Shown piece after piece: positions 39,889 through 50,513 of a stretch of 64,000 bases of DNA. The translations under genes and the position numbers were made by a program. Within the stretch, counting starts at the first letter, position 1. Each line of letters opens with the position of its first letter. This DNA comes from Candidatus Limnocylindria bacterium (GTDB lineage: Bacteria; Chloroflexota; Limnocylindria; P2-11E). The stretch spans positions 6,645-70,644 of the forward strand of contig JBHEML010000002.1 of assembly GCA_046262615.1 (NCBI GenBank). The letters are read 5' to 3'. Below the pieces are notes generated by a model. It searched no databases. It was not told the DNA's origin and saw nothing but the letters and a program-made list of their open reading frames with translations.

Positions 39889-42837
39889 TCAGCCAGCCGA
39901 GTTGCGGGCGTTGAAGGAGCTGGGGCAGATCCGCTCGAAGGGGCAGCGAGCGCAGACCCGCGGCGAGGGCGTGGCCCCGAACTCACGGCGCCGGATCTTT
40001 CCGGCGGTGGAGGAGACCACCGCGACGATGGCCGAGAAGTCGGCGTCTTTGGGCGCGATCTCTCCGCGAGCTCCAGTCTCGAGGAAGTGAAGCACGGCGC
40101 GGACCGGGCGCTGTCCGTAGGACCTCTCGTGGGCGACCGCGTAGAGCCGCAGCTGGAGGCTCTGGTTCGCGCTGCGCTGCGGCCGGTCGCTTTCCGGCTC
40201 GACGAAGGTGGACTTGTAGTCGACCACGACCGCGCCGTCCTCGTCGCGATCGACTCGATCCCATCTTCCGACCACGCGGTCGCGCCCCAGCATGAACGCG
40301 AAGCGCTGCTCGACGAGGTCGGGACGCTTCTTGCCCGCCTCCCCCGCGTGAAAGAGGCGAAGCGCGGCGAGCCCGGCATCGAACCGCTCGCGCTCGTGCT
40401 GAGGCGAGATGAAGCCTTCGGACAGCCATGCCGCGCGAAAGGTCGCCTGGATGTCCTCGACGCCCGGTTCCTCCCCCTCCCTGCGACGCGAGAGATGCTC
40501 GCCGACGGCCTGGTGCAACGCCAGCCCGTAGATCTGTCGGGGATCGGGCAGCACCGGTATCCGCAGTACGTGCGCGAAGCGGTAGCGGAGCGGGCAGCTC
40601 TGGTAGTCCTCGACCTGGCTGTACGAGAGGGTGAGCACGTCGTCGGCCCCCAGCGCCGGCAGAGCGGCGTCGGCTTCCGGCGGCGAGACCTGGAAACGCT
40701 GCAGCTCGTCGTAGGCGGAGGAACGGGCCGCCACGCGGTCGGGTGATCGGCCGAGTGCCTCTCCGATGAACTGGCTCGGACGGTAGGCTCGCTGGCCGCC
40801 GTAGTCGCTGGCGCTGGTGAAGTGGAAGGACGCCTTCGCGCGCGTGACGGCGACATACGCGAGCCGGCGCTCCTCGGCCACGTGCCGGTCCCGGCCAGAT
40901 CCCCCTTCGGTTTGGAGGCCCTCGGGCAGGGTGAGCTCGGGTCCGCGGTATTGCCCGGGCAGGCGCTCCTGCGTCGCCGCGACTAGATAGACGACGGCGA
41001 ACTCGAGCCCCTTTGCCTTGTGGATCGATAGCACATTGACCGCGTTCAACGAGCTCTCGAAGTCGGCCGCGGCGGGATCGTCCCCGGCCTCGCGCAGCAG
41101 CTCGAGGTACGGCACGAAATAGGCGGCCCGATCGATGGGCAGCGCCCGTCCCGCGCTCTGGACGAGTCGGAAGAAGCGCGCCACGTTGCGGCCCTGATCT
41201 TCGGCGAGGGATGAGTTGGGATCGAGATACCGGGCGAGCAGTTTCGAGCGGTCGAGAAATTCGTAGAGAAGCTCCGCGGTAGAGAGTTCGGCCGCTCGCT
41301 CCTGGAAGTGTTCGAGATCGGTCACGAGTGCCCGCGCAGCGGCCAGGGCCGCGGCACCGAGTCCGGCCGCCTCGCCGTGCGCGGCCTCGTCGAAGAGATC
41401 CCGGAGCGGACGTTGACGCCGCGCCTGCGCTTCGGTGATCCGCGCCAGATCCGCCGGGGGGAAACCATACAGCGTCGAGGTGGCGAGGTAATAGAGATGA
41501 CGCGAATCGCTTGGTGCCGCGACGCACGAGAGGAATGACACGAGCAGGCGGATCTCGGGACGCTCGTACAGCTGGCCACCGCCTGAGAAGTGCGTAGGCA
41601 CCTTCCGCGACGCGAGTGCGCTCAGGATCCGGCTGGCGTCGGAGTTGTATCTGACCAGGACCGCGAACTCGCCGAACTGCCTCTGCTCACGCACGGCCTG
41701 CTGCGCGATGCGCTCCGCGACCGTCTCCGCCTCCTCGGCGGCGCCGGCGAACGACAGGTGCACCAGGCCCTCGCCGTTGGCTTCCGGCCGACCACGCAGG
41801 TGCTTGTCGATACCGAGCGTGTCCTCGAGCCGGTCGGGGTTATGCCCGATCAGCCGGTAGGCCGCGTCGAGGAGCGGCTGCCCGGACCTGCGGTTCTCGA
41901 CGAGGGTCATGATTGCGGCGTCCGGGTACGCTGCCGTGAACGCGGCGAAGTTCGACAGCGTGGCCCCGCGCCAGGCGAAGATCGACTGATCGTCGTCGCC
42001 GACCACCGTCAGCTCGCGGTGCCGCGCGACCAGGAGCTCGATGAGCCGCCACTGCGCCGTGTTCGTGTCCTGGAACTCGTCGACGAGGACGTGCCGGTAG
42101 CGCCGGGCCAGCCGCACTGCCGCCGCGGGTCGTTCCCGGAAAAGCCGAAGGGCCAGGGCGACCTGGTCGCCGAAATCGATGACCCCATGCCGTTCCTTCA
42201 GCGCCGTGTACGACGCATAGGTGTTCGCGAGCTCCTCTTGCGCGTCGCGCTCGTCGGCCGCGGCATTCGTCAACCCGCTCGCGCCCGCTTCGAGCCCGGC
42301 GACGTGGGCGAGGTATTGCTCCGGCGCTATGTCCTCGTCGCGGGCACGCGCGAATAGGTCGAGGAGCGCGCGCACGTGCTGGAGTGGATCGCCCGCAGGG
42401 CGGTAACGTCGGAGGGGAAGTTCGAATAGGTGCTCGCGAATGAAGATCACCTGCTCTGCGGGGGAGAGGACGCGAAGCTCGCCCGAGCGTCCGAGTTCGA
42501 GCGCGAATTCGCGCAGCACCTCGTCGCCGAACGCGTTGAACGTCCTGATCGCCACGTCGTTCTGGCCGAGGGGCGTGTTCAGGTCGATCCGCTCCTGCAT
42601 CTGGGCCGCGGCCTTTTCGGTGAAGGTCAGCGCGAGGATCTCGTGTGGCCGGGCGGCACCCGAGGCGATGAGGTGCACGATCCGGGCGGTCAGCACGTGG
42701 GTTTTGCCAGTGCCCGCGCCCGCGACTATCAGCAGCGGCCTCCCACGGTGCTCCACGGCAGCGCGCTGCTCCGGTGTGAGGGAGGCGAGGATGTCCGGCT
42801 TGGGCTCGCCGAGGCCGAAGGAGAGCTGTTCTGTCAC
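39889..42837 (-). CDS. UvrD/PcrA-type helicase fused to a C-terminal PD-(D/E)XK (RecB/Cas4-like, Cys-cluster) nuclease
   Basis: 982-aa ORF. Helicase motifs [38 protein letters not shown]-terminal YQSCPLRY...VVVDYKS...[11 protein letters not shown], typical of AddB/Cas4-type iron-sulfur nucleases. Confidence 0.88.
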   Translation of the reverse strand: MTEQLSFGLGEPKPDILASLTPEQRAAVEHRGRPLLIVAGAGTGKTHVLTARIVHLIASGAARPHEILALTFTEKAAAQMQERIDLNTPLGQNDVAIRTFNAFGDEVLREFALELGRSGELRVLSPAEQVIFIREHLFELPLRRYRPAGDPLQHVRALLDLFARARDEDIAPEQYLAHVAGLEAGASGLTNAAADERDAQEELANTYASYTALKERHGVIDFGDQVALALRLFRERPAAAVRLARRYRHVLVDEFQDTNTAQWRLIELLVARHRELTVVGDDDQSIFAWRGATLSNFAAFTAAYPDAAIMTLVENRRSGQPLLDAAYRLIGHNPDRLEDTLGIDKHLRGRPEANGEGLVHLSFAGAAEEAETVAERIAQQAVREQRQFGEFAVLVRYNSDASRILSALASRKVPTHFSGGGQLYERPEIRLLVSFLSCVAAPSDSRHLYYLATSTLYGFPPADLARITEAQARRQRPLRDLFDEAAHGEAAGLGAAALAAARALVTDLEHFQERAAELSTAELLYEFLDRSKLLARYLDPNSSLAEDQGRNVARFFRLVQSAGRALPIDRAAYFVPYLELLREAGDDPAAADFESSLNAVNVLSIHKAKGLEFAVVYLVAATQERLPGQYRGPELTLPEGLQTEGGSGRDRHVAEERRLAYVAVTRAKASFHFTSASDYGGQRAYRPSQFIGEALGRSPDRVAARSSAYDELQRFQVSPPEADAALPALGADDVLTLSYSQVEDYQSCPLRYRFAHVLRIPVLPDPRQIYGLALHQAVGEHLSRRREGEEPGVEDIQATFRAAWLSEGFISPQHERERFDAGLAALRLFHAGEAGKKRPDLVEQRFAFMLGRDRVVGRWDRVDRDEDGAVVVDYKSTFVEPESDRPQRSANQSLQLRLYAVAHERSYGQRPVRAVLHFLETGARGEIAPKDADFSAIVAVVSSTAGKIRRREFGATPSPRVCARCPFERICPSSFNARNSAG

Positions 42838-42854
42838 GAACGCCCGAGCGAAGG

Positions 42855-42866
42855 GAACATCCGTTC
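42855..42866 (-). promoter_or_regulatory. GAAC-N4-GTTC SOS (LexA/Cheo-type) box upstream of the helicase-nuclease
   Basis: gGAACatccGTTCt, 18-29 nt upstream of GTG 42837. On the minus strand it directly follows a CATAAT/ATAATA -10-like hexamer. Confidence 0.5.
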
Positions 42867-42882
42867 TATTATGGGGCGGGAG

Positions 42883-44343
42883 CTACGCTTGGGCGAGCCG
42901 CCCCCCGAGTTCGATGAGCGTCCGGACGGCCGGCCCCTGCGGCCCCTTTGGCGTGTACGGTCGGTCGACGTCGGCCCAGTACGTCCCTGCGATGTCCAGG
43001 TGGGCCCACTGCGTACCGTCGTCCACCGCAGCATCGAGGAACGCGGCGGCCTTGATCGCGCCACCGTCGCGACCGGCGCTGTTGGCGATGTCCGCGATGT
43101 CGCTGCGGATCTCCTCGCGGTATTCGTCGGTCAGCGGCATCGGCCACACCCGGTCACCGGCGGCCCGCGCGGCGGCCGCGACCTCCTCGACGAAACCTTC
43201 GGGCTTCCCGAACAATCCGCTGAAGTGGTGGCCCAACGCCACCGCGATCGCTCCGGTGAGCGTCGCGACGTCGACGACGCGTCGAGCACCCTCGCGCTGG
43301 ACGTAGGTGATGCCGTCCACCAGCACCAGGCGCCCCTCGGCATCCGTGTTGATCACCTCGACGGTCTTTCCGCTCATCGACGTGAAGACATCACCCGGCT
43401 TGGTGGCGCCGCCGCCCGGAAGGTTCTCGGTGCACGGCGCGACGGCGATGACGTTCGATCGGGTCCGGAGCTTCCCGAGGGCCGCCACCGCGGCGATCAC
43501 GACGGCGGCGCCGGTCATATCGGCTTTCATGCGGTGCATCGCCTCGGCGGGCTTGATCGAGATGCCGCCGGAGTCGAAGGTGATCCCCTTGCCGACGAAG
43601 GCGGCGTCGTAGCCCTTTCCCCCGCGGCCCGCGTGGCGCATCACGATGAACTGGGGCGCCTCGTGGCTGCCCTGGGCCACCGAGAGGAAGCTGTGCATGC
43701 CCAGGGCGCGGCACTTGGCGGCGTCCAGGATCTCGCAGTCGACACCCGCGTCCGCGGCGATCCGCTTGGCCTCGTCCGCGAGCGCGGTCGGCGTCATCTT
43801 GTTCGCCGGCTCGTTCGCCAGGCGCCTCGCGACATTCACCGCCTCCCCCACCGCCTCGCCCCGCCTGATGGCCTCTTTGACGTCGCCGTCGACCGCGAGC
43901 AGCACCGTTTCGAGCGGCGGCAACCTACGGTCCTCGTCTTTCGTGCGGTGCGCCTCAGGGCGCCACATCGCGAACAGCACGCCCTCGACCGCCGCCCTGG
44001 CCACGCGCGCCGCATCGAGCCCTGCACCGCTCTCGACGACCAATGCCAGGCGCTTGGTCCGTGAACGCCATAGCGACTTGACGCCCGCGCTCGCGGTCCG
44101 CCGCGCGCGCTGGGCGTCGAATTCTGTTCGTTTTCCCGCACCGACCACGACGATGCGAGGCCCCTCGCCGTGGTGCGCGCTGACCGCGTAGAGGCGGCTG
44201 ACCTCGGGCTCGCGTGAGATCCGCTCGACGACCGCGCGGACCCGGCTGTCGAGCGCCTTCGGGATCATCCGGTCCAGGAACAGCGGCACGATGATGGCGT
44301 CCACGCCCGGTATGTCTCCCTGGCGGATGGAGCGGAACTTCAT
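42883..44343 (-). CDS. pepA: leucyl aminopeptidase (M17)
   Basis: 486-aa ORF. VGKGITFDSGG and NTDAEGRLVL M17 signatures. ATG overlaps the selB stop. Confidence 0.92.
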   Translation of the reverse strand: MKFRSIRQGDIPGVDAIIVPLFLDRMIPKALDSRVRAVVERISREPEVSRLYAVSAHHGEGPRIVVVGAGKRTEFDAQRARRTASAGVKSLWRSRTKRLALVVESGAGLDAARVARAAVEGVLFAMWRPEAHRTKDEDRRLPPLETVLLAVDGDVKEAIRRGEAVGEAVNVARRLANEPANKMTPTALADEAKRIAADAGVDCEILDAAKCRALGMHSFLSVAQGSHEAPQFIVMRHAGRGGKGYDAAFVGKGITFDSGGISIKPAEAMHRMKADMTGAAVVIAAVAALGKLRTRSNVIAVAPCTENLPGGGATKPGDVFTSMSGKTVEVINTDAEGRLVLVDGITYVQREGARRVVDVATLTGAIAVALGHHFSGLFGKPEGFVEEVAAAARAAGDRVWPMPLTDEYREEIRSDIADIANSAGRDGGAIKAAAFLDAAVDDGTQWAHLDIAGTYWADVDRPYTPKGPQGPAVRTLIELGGRLAQA

Positions 44344-46268
44344 GCGACCCCCTTCACCAGGCGCGTCGCGGAGGCGAGCCGGGCCCGCGCCTGGGCGGGC
44401 TCGAGGACGAGGATTCGATCGTCACCGACCCTGCGCGTCAGGCCGTGATCGTCGAGGAACGATAGCAGCGGCAGTACGTGTTTGCGGCTCGATCCGGTGA
44501 TGTCGCGCGCACGCGCGACGGTGATCGACGGCGCCACCGTGAGCTCGTCGATCACCTTGTTCCCGAACTCGAGCACCGCCTCGGGAAGGAACACGGCCTC
44601 GGTACCGATTCGCACGATGTCGCCCCGCTCGCCCAGCGCCGCGATGAGCTCGCGGTCGAGACCGTACTCCGACGCCAGGACGGCAGGGGTCGGCGGCTGC
44701 ATCGGCTCGCGCCCGAGGGCACGGCGCGCGGCATCCCACTGGCGTTCCATCGCCTCGTCCAGCATGGGCCGGTGTCCTGGAAGCGCCAGTGCGCTTCCGC
44801 GCTCGAGGACGCGCCCGTCAGCGACGGCCCGGGCGACGAGGGCCGCGAAGCGCTTCGGGGGCAGTGCGAGGGAGCCACGCATCTCCTCGCGCGGAGCTCC
44901 CGGACGGAGCGCCGCGCGACGATGGACCAATGCCAGCGCGCGCTCCAGACGGACCACGAGCGCCTCGAAGGCGTCGGCGGAGACGACCGCGTCGCCGAAC
45001 CGCACCGCGGCACCGCTCGCGACGAGCCCCGCGATGGCGCGATCCCGTTCGTCCGCTCCGAGGCCGGCGCGTTCGCCCGCCTCAGCGGGCGTTCGCGGGA
45101 CGTCGAGCGATGCGAGGACCCGGGCGTCCGGCGCAGGCGCCGCGCGGCGTTCGAGCGCGGCGCGCGCGTCCGAGCGGCGGCGCAGGCGTTCGCCCGAGAC
45201 GTCGGTTACGGCGCCGCCTCCGACGGTCTCGGCCGGGGACGGGCGCCGCAGCACGAGCCGGTCGCCGACCGCTGCCGCCAGGGGCGTCGCCAGCCGGAGC
45301 TGGATCCAGCCTTCCGCGCCGGGAACAATCGGGGCCGTTTCGAGCACGGCAACGCGCGCCATAACCTCCGCCGTTCCCGTATGCACCTTCACGAGCTCGT
45401 CCTCATAGAGCGCGTCGCTCGCCCGGGAGAGCACCCGCACGCGCAGGCCGAGGAGCGAGGTCGGCCGCAGCTGCCCGGGGCGCGAGAGGACCATCCCGCG
45501 GTTCAGGTGCTCCTTGTCGATGCCGGACAGGTTCGCCGCGACGCGGCTGCCGGCGAGGGCGACTTCGAGAGAGCGGCGATGCGTCTGCAGGCCACGTACG
45601 CGTCCGCGCCGATCGCCCGGCACGAGCGCGACCTCCTGCCCCACCGCGAGCGTGCCGTCGATGAGCGTGCCCGTCACGACGGTCCCGAAGCCGGGCATGG
45701 TGAAGGCGCGATCGACCGGCAGCCGCGGCCGCCCGAGGTCGCGCCGCGGCGGCGCCTCACCGAGTTCGCGCTCGAGGGCGCGCAGCAGCTCGTCCAGGCC
45801 ACGCCGCTCGCGGGCGGACACTTCGACGATCGAAGAGCGCTCGAGAGCGGAGCCGGCAACGGCCGCGCGCACGTCCGCGCGCGCCAGCGCGGCCCACTCG
45901 TCGTCGACGAGGTCGCGCTTCGTCAGCGCGATGACGCCCCGTTCGATGCCGAGGAGCGAGAGGATGTCGAGGTGCTCGCGTGTCTGCGGCATCGCGCCCT
46001 CATCCGCGGCGACGACCAGGATCACCGCGTCGATGCTGCCCACCCCCGCGAGCATGTTGCGTATGAAGTCCTGGTGACCGGGGACGTCGACGATGCCGAC
46101 ATCGGTACGGTCCGGCAGCCGCAGCCACGCGAAGCCGAGGTCGATCGTCATGCCACGCTCGCGCTCCTCGCGCAGCCGGTCAGGGTCCATGCCAGTGAGC
46201 GCAGTGATGAGCGCGGACTTGCCGTGGTCGACGTGGCCGGCGGTGCCGACCACGCGCAGCCCGCTCAT
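44340..46268 (-). CDS. selB: selenocysteine-specific translation elongation factor
   Basis: 642-aa ORF. G motifs [19 protein letters not shown]-Tu-like domains II/III, then a ~270-aa C-terminal extension as expected for the SECIS-binding winged-helix domains. Confidence 0.9.
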   Translation of the reverse strand: MSGLRVVGTAGHVDHGKSALITALTGMDPDRLREERERGMTIDLGFAWLRLPDRTDVGIVDVPGHQDFIRNMLAGVGSIDAVILVVAADEGAMPQTREHLDILSLLGIERGVIALTKRDLVDDEWAALARADVRAAVAGSALERSSIVEVSARERRGLDELLRALERELGEAPPRRDLGRPRLPVDRAFTMPGFGTVVTGTLIDGTLAVGQEVALVPGDRRGRVRGLQTHRRSLEVALAGSRVAANLSGIDKEHLNRGMVLSRPGQLRPTSLLGLRVRVLSRASDALYEDELVKVHTGTAEVMARVAVLETAPIVPGAEGWIQLRLATPLAAAVGDRLVLRRPSPAETVGGGAVTDVSGERLRRRSDARAALERRAAPAPDARVLASLDVPRTPAEAGERAGLGADERDRAIAGLVASGAAVRFGDAVVSADAFEALVVRLERALALVHRRAALRPGAPREEMRGSLALPPKRFAALVARAVADGRVLERGSALALPGHRPMLDEAMERQWDAARRALGREPMQPPTPAVLASEYGLDRELIAALGERGDIVRIGTEAVFLPEAVLEFGNKVIDELTVAPSITVARARDITGSSRKHVLPLLSFLDDHGLTRRVGDDRILVLEPAQARARLASATRLVKGVA

Positions 46269-46429
46269 CCGCCCGGAGGGGCGCAGGTGGCAAAGAGCAG
46301 CGGCACGACGCCGAACGCGAGCACGAGCAGGACGGTGACCCAGGCGGAAAGCACGATCGCGGTGGCGCGTATCGGAATCCAGGGGCGCTGGCCATCTTCC
46401 CCGCGGCGATGCTCGGGCGAGCGGCTCAC
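46265..46429 (-). CDS. possible 54-aa membrane protein between ridA and selB
   Basis: Not in the ORF track. GTG 46429: [54 protein letters not shown]. Its TGA overlaps the selB ATG (ATGA). No clear SD. Confidence 0.3.
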   Translation of the reverse strand: MSRSPEHRRGEDGQRPWIPIRATAIVLSAWVTVLLVLAFGVVPLLFATCAPPGG

Positions 46430-46456
46430 CCGGCCACGGTCACGCCGTGGGGCGCT

Positions 46457-46840
46457 TCACTCGCGAGCGGCGACGCACTCGATCTCGACGCGCGCACCCT
46501 TCGGCAGCGAAGCGACGCCGACCGTCGCACGCGCCGGGCGATGCGCGCCGAAGCGCGAGCCGTACACGTCGTTCATCGCCTCGAAGTCGCCGAGATCGGT
46601 CAGGTACACGGTGGTCTTCAGAACGCGCGAAAGATCGGAACCCGCGGCGCGGAGGACGGCCGAAAGGTTGTCCAGCGCGCGGGCGGTCTGCGCCCTGGCG
46701 TCCCCCTCGACGAGCGCGCCCGTGCGTGGCTCGAGAGCGACCTGGCCCGAGCAGAAGACGAGATCGCCGAACACGAGCGCCTGGCTGTACGGGCCGATGG
46801 CGGCGGGAGCGTCGTCGCTCGCGGCGGTGCGTATCTCCAC
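46457..46840 (-). CDS. ridA: RidA/YjgF-family reactive-intermediate deaminase
   Basis: 127-aa ORF. APAAIGPYSQA, FCSGQ and PARATVGVASLPKGARVEIE motifs. Confidence 0.92.
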   Translation of the reverse strand: MEIRTAASDDAPAAIGPYSQALVFGDLVFCSGQVALEPRTGALVEGDARAQTARALDNLSAVLRAAGSDLSRVLKTTVYLTDLGDFEAMNDVYGSRFGAHRPARATVGVASLPKGARVEIECVAARE

Positions 46841-46850
46841 CGCGTCAATC

Positions 46851-48191
46851 CTATGCGCGCACCGCCGCGGCGACGGTGCTCACCAGTTCGCCGTCGTCCT
46901 CAGGCATCACGGTGCGCAGGTCGAGCACGACCCGCCGTTCGTGGACCCGCGCCACGATCGCGGGCGTCGCGGCGCGCAGTCGCCGCGCGGTCGCGCTGGC
47001 GCCCGGCCCTCCGAGGGCGATCCCGTGCGACGGCTGCGTCTCCTCGGGAAGGCTGCCGCCACCAACGGTCGAGCGCGTCCGGATGGGCGCGGCTTCGATG
47101 CCCCGCTCGGCGAACGCCGACGCGATCGCGACCGCGCGCCGCTCGAGCTCCGATACAGGGGCCGCGATCATCCGCCAGACGGGCAGCTCCGCTTCGGCGC
47201 GGCCGTCGCGGTATGCCATGAGCGTCGCGACGAGCATGGCGAGCGTCAGCTTGTCGGGGCGCACCGCGCGCATGAGCGCGTGGCCGCGCAGCCTCGCCAC
47301 CGCGGCGGCCCTACCCACCGCGATCCCGGCCTGGGGGCCGCCGAGCAGCTTGTCGCCGCTGAATGTCACCACATCGGCCCCGGCGGCTACGGCCTCCTGG
47401 ACCGTCTCCTCGCGGCCGAGACCGAAGCGAGCAGTGTCGAGCAGCGTGCCGCTGCCGAGGTCGTGCACGAACGCGAGTCCGCGCTCGCGCGCGAGAGCGG
47501 CGAGCTCGCTCGACTCGGCGCGCGCGGTGAACCCCATGATCCGGAAGTTGCTCGCATGCACGCGGAGGATGGCCGCGGTTCGGGGGGTGATCGCCGCGGC
47601 GTAGTCGCGCGCGTACGTCCGGTTCGTCGTGCCCACCTCCACGAGCTTCGCCCCGGAACGCGCCAGGACGTCGGGGATGCGGAACGAACCGCCGATCTCG
47701 ACCAGCTCGCCGCGCGCGACAATGACCTCCCGGCGGCTGGCGATGGCCGCGAGCGCGAGCAGCACCGCCGCGGCGCCGTTGTTCACCACAACGCCGTCCT
47801 CCGCTCCGGACAGCTCGGCGAGGAGCCGCACCGCGTGACCATGCCGTTCGCTCCGCTTTCCGGACGCGAGGTCGTATTCGATGCTCGCCGCGCCCGCCGC
47901 CTCGCCGATCGCCCGCAGCGCGCCGTCGGACAACGGCGCCCGGCCGAGGTTCGTGTGGAGCACCACGCCGGTGGCATTGATCACCCGGCGCAGCGATGGC
48001 GCGTCGCCGGCGGACAGCCGCTCGCGCGCCATCGCCGCCGCATCGGTAGGGCCGAGGACGGATCCATCCCGGCGCGCCTGCGCGAGCACCTCGCGCGCCG
48101 CCGCGCGCAGCCGCCCTCGCGCGACCCCACGCTGCCCGCTCGCCTCGAGCACCGCGTCGATCGAGGGAAGCGACCGCCGCGGATCGGTCAC
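46851..48191 (-). CDS. selA: L-seryl-tRNA(Sec) selenium transferase
   Basis: C-terminal 446 aa of the 534-aa ORF. LPSIDAVL, VINATGVVLHTNLGRA, GELVEIGGSFRIPDV, FSGDKLLGGPQAG (PLP lysine). GTG overlaps the upstream stop (GTGA). Confidence 0.92.
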   Translation of the reverse strand: MTDPRRSLPSIDAVLEASGQRGVARGRLRAAAREVLAQARRDGSVLGPTDAAAMARERLSAGDAPSLRRVINATGVVLHTNLGRAPLSDGALRAIGEAAGAASIEYDLASGKRSERHGHAVRLLAELSGAEDGVVVNNGAAAVLLALAAIASRREVIVARGELVEIGGSFRIPDVLARSGAKLVEVGTTNRTYARDYAAAITPRTAAILRVHASNFRIMGFTARAESSELAALARERGLAFVHDLGSGTLLDTARFGLGREETVQEAVAAGADVVTFSGDKLLGGPQAGIAVGRAAAVARLRGHALMRAVRPDKLTLAMLVATLMAYRDGRAEAELPVWRMIAAPVSELERRAVAIASAFAERGIEAAPIRTRSTVGGGSLPEETQPSHGIALGGPGASATARRLRAATPAIVARVHERRVVLDLRTVMPEDDGELVSTVAAAVRA

Positions 48192-49150
48192 GCCGCGATG
48201 ACCTGGAGTGACGATGGACGAACGCGCATGGAGAGGCGGCTCACGTGAACGAGGTCGCCGTCGATCTGCGCGGGGGCCGCGCGCTCGAGTTGGATGTCGA
48301 CGGCTCGGGCGCGCGACGCGACGATGGTGCGGCCATCGACGTGGGTGCCCTTGTACAGGCGCGCCATCGCTCGTATCGACGCGATGCGCCCGAGCGCGCC
48401 TGCCAGCGTGACGTCGAACAGGCCGTCGTCGAGACGCGCGTCCGGCGCGCACCACATACCCCGCCCGAAGTGCGTTCCGTTGGACGCGAGCGCGACGAGG
48501 AAGCGGCCCGAGCGCTCCACGCCGTCGAGCCGCACGGTCATCTGCAGCGGCCGGTACATCGCGATCGCCGCGAGGGAAGCGGTCGCATACGCGAGGCGGG
48601 GGCCGAAGACACGTGCGTGCGACCTCGCGCGTGCCGCGACCTCGCCGTCGATGCCCACCCCGGCAGCGTTCAGGAAAACGCGCCCGTTCGCCTCGCCCGT
48701 ATCGACCGTGCGCCGCGTGCCGCGTGCGAGGAACGAGGGCAGGTCGCTGGCGCGCTCCGGATAGCCGAGCGCGCGGGCGAAGTCGTTGCCGCTGCCGATC
48801 GGGTAGAGCGCCAGGGCGGCGCGCGAGCCGAGGAGGCCGTTGGCGACTTCGTTCGCCGTGCCGTCGCCGCCGACAGCTATGACAACGTCGTAGCCCTCGG
48901 CGGCCGCGTCCGCCGCGAGCCGCGGACCTTCACCCGGATACGGCAGCTGGACGACGTCCGTCGGCAGGCCCGCGTCGCGCAGCACGCGCGCGAGCCGGGG
49001 AGCCAGGGACGACGCCCGGCCGCTTCCCGCGGCCGGATTCACGATCGCCAGCGCCCGCCGATCGGCGATGGACGCTACCGTCCCGCTGCGCACGCCGCCA
49101 CGATGAACGCGCACCTCCACGACCGTCGCCGAGGGCCCGAACATACACAC
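48188..49150 (-). CDS. diacylglycerol/lipid kinase family protein (YegS/BmrU-like)
   Basis: 320-aa ORF. LAIVNPAAGSG, VIAVGGDGTANEV and PIGSGNDFAR motifs. The true start may be up to ~25 codons downstream of 49150. Confidence 0.85.
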   Translation of the reverse strand: MCMFGPSATVVEVRVHRGGVRSGTVASIADRRALAIVNPAAGSGRASSLAPRLARVLRDAGLPTDVVQLPYPGEGPRLAADAAAEGYDVVIAVGGDGTANEVANGLLGSRAALALYPIGSGNDFARALGYPERASDLPSFLARGTRRTVDTGEANGRVFLNAAGVGIDGEVAARARSHARVFGPRLAYATASLAAIAMYRPLQMTVRLDGVERSGRFLVALASNGTHFGRGMWCAPDARLDDGLFDVTLAGALGRIASIRAMARLYKGTHVDGRTIVASRARAVDIQLERAAPAQIDGDLVHVSRLSMRVRPSSLQVIAA

Positions 49151-49499
49151 ATTCGACTATCGTTGTCCCTCGATGGCACGCCGAAGTCGCACGCGCGGCC
49201 GCACGCGGCCGGCCCAACGGGCGACCACCCCGCAGCGGGCGACACCGCCTGTCTCGCGGCACCCCCTTCCTCGCTCATCCCGGAACCCCTTGCGCCTCGG
49301 CGCCGCGCGGGCCACGGGCGCGCCGTCCGCGACGCTCGAACGCGCGGCGGCGTGGGAGCGCGGGTACGTCGTGAAGGACTTCCGCCGCATCGGCGTGGTC
49401 GTGGCGGTCATGTTCCTGCTGCTCGCGCTGAGCGACGTCGCGGTCCACATCCTCCAGCCGTAGCGCGCATCGATACACTGGCCTCGCGCGCACGCCTCC

Positions 49500-49572
49500 G
49501 GGCTCGTAGTTCAGCGGTTAGAACGCGCGGTTCACATCCGCGAAGTCGCTGGTTCGATTCCAGCCGAGCCCA
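49500..49572 (+). tRNA. tRNA-Val (CAC)
   Basis: GGGCTCGTAGTTCAGCGGTTAGAACGCGCGGTTCACATCCGCGAAGTCGCTGGTTCGATTCCAGCCGAGCCCA. Cloverleaf folds by hand, anticodon loop TTCACAT. Confidence 0.92.
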
Positions 49573-49632
49573 CCGCCCACCGCCGCGATCCCGCACCGGT
49601 CCGTGCGACCGCACTCGGGGATGAGCGGCCCG

Positions 49633-50151
49633 ATGCTCTTCCATTTCAGCGAGGACCCGTCCATCGCCGTGTTCCGTCCGCACGTCGCGAAGACGAGAGA
49701 GCCCGACGCCGAGCCCCTCGTCTGGGCGGTCGATGCCGAACACGCGCCGCTCTACTGGTTCCCGCGCGACTGCCCCCGCATCGCGCTCTGGCGCGGCCCG
49801 GCCACGACGGAAGACGACGCGGAACGGTTCCTCGGCCTGTCGGCGGCCGGCCGCGTCCACGCGATCGAGTCAGGATGGCTCGAACCGATGCGCGGCGCGA
49901 GGCTCTTCGTCTACCGCTTCGACCCAGGCCCCTTCGAGCTTCACGAGGGCGACGCGCAGACCGGTCACTACGTGAGCCGCGCCGCCGTGGCGCCCCTCGG
50001 GTGCGAGCCGATGCAGGACCTCCTCTCCGCCCACGCCGGCGCCGGCATCGAGCTCCGGGTCACGCCGTCCCTGTGGCCGCTCGCCGACGCGCTGATCCGG
50101 TCCACGGTGCGCTTCTCGATGTCGCGCATGAGGAACGCGGCGCAGCGCTGA
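49633..50151 (+). CDS. conserved hypothetical protein (DUF6886-like)
   Basis: From the internal Met: MLFHFSEDPSIAVFRPH...PLYWFPRDCPR. I recall this N-terminus from an uncharacterised bacterial family, but the assignment is not verified. Confidence 0.6.
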   Translation: MLFHFSEDPSIAVFRPHVAKTREPDAEPLVWAVDAEHAPLYWFPRDCPRIALWRGPATTEDDAERFLGLSAAGRVHAIESGWLEPMRGARLFVYRFDPGPFELHEGDAQTGHYVSRAAVAPLGCEPMQDLLSAHAGAGIELRVTPSLWPLADALIRSTVRFSMSRMRNAAQR

Positions 50152-50242
50152 TCGCTCGGCATCGCCTCTGCTGCACGGCTGGGAGACCCGCGGCCCCCGG
50201 ATGCGAGGACGCGCGAGGGGCACGAGAGAGTGAGGTGCGCGC

Positions 50243-50497
50243 ATGGCGGAGCTCGACGAACGAGAGCGCGACAAACTGGACCCGGGCGACTTCGCGTATG
50301 TGGATAAGGACGGCCGGGAACACCTTCCGATCCACGATGAGGCGCACGTGCGAAGCGCGATGTCGCGATGGAACCAAACCCACTTCGAGACCGCGAAAGA
50401 CAAGGAAGCGGCGCGCAAGAAGATCCTGGCGGCGGCGAAGAAGCACAAGATCGAGGTATCCCCTGACGCCAAGATCGCCAAGGCGGGAGGCGGCTGA
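50243..50497 (+). CDS. conserved hypothetical small protein (DUF6582-like)
   Basis: 84-aa ORF. FAYVDKDGREHLPIHDEAHVRSAMSRWNQTHFE...AARKKILAAAKKHKIEV. Family recall only. Confidence 0.6.
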   Translation: MAELDERERDKLDPGDFAYVDKDGREHLPIHDEAHVRSAMSRWNQTHFETAKDKEAARKKILAAAKKHKIEVSPDAKIAKAGGG

Positions 50498-50513
50498 GGG
50501 CGGCGGTCGCAGG

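Noticed and set aside
44478-48248. 1256-aa plus-strand ORF, the longest in the track
   Set aside because: It is antisense to selB, ridA and selA, all of which have clear family motifs. Its product is Arg/Ala/Gly/Pro-rich low complexity, the usual stop-poor alternative frame of a very GC-rich genome.
49173-49463. 96-aa plus-strand ORF upstream of tRNA-Val
   Set aside because: The N-terminal two thirds are Arg/Pro/Thr low complexity. Only the last ~35 aa (YVVKDFRRIGVVVAVMFLLLALSDVAVHILQP) look protein-like. There is no clear start or SD, so the support is insufficient to call a gene.
49500-49572. Hoped-for tRNA-Sec (selC) next to the sel genes
   Set aside because: The anticodon loop reads TTCACAT (Val, CAC), the acceptor stem is the normal 7 bp, and the variable arm is short. 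It is not a Sec tRNA.
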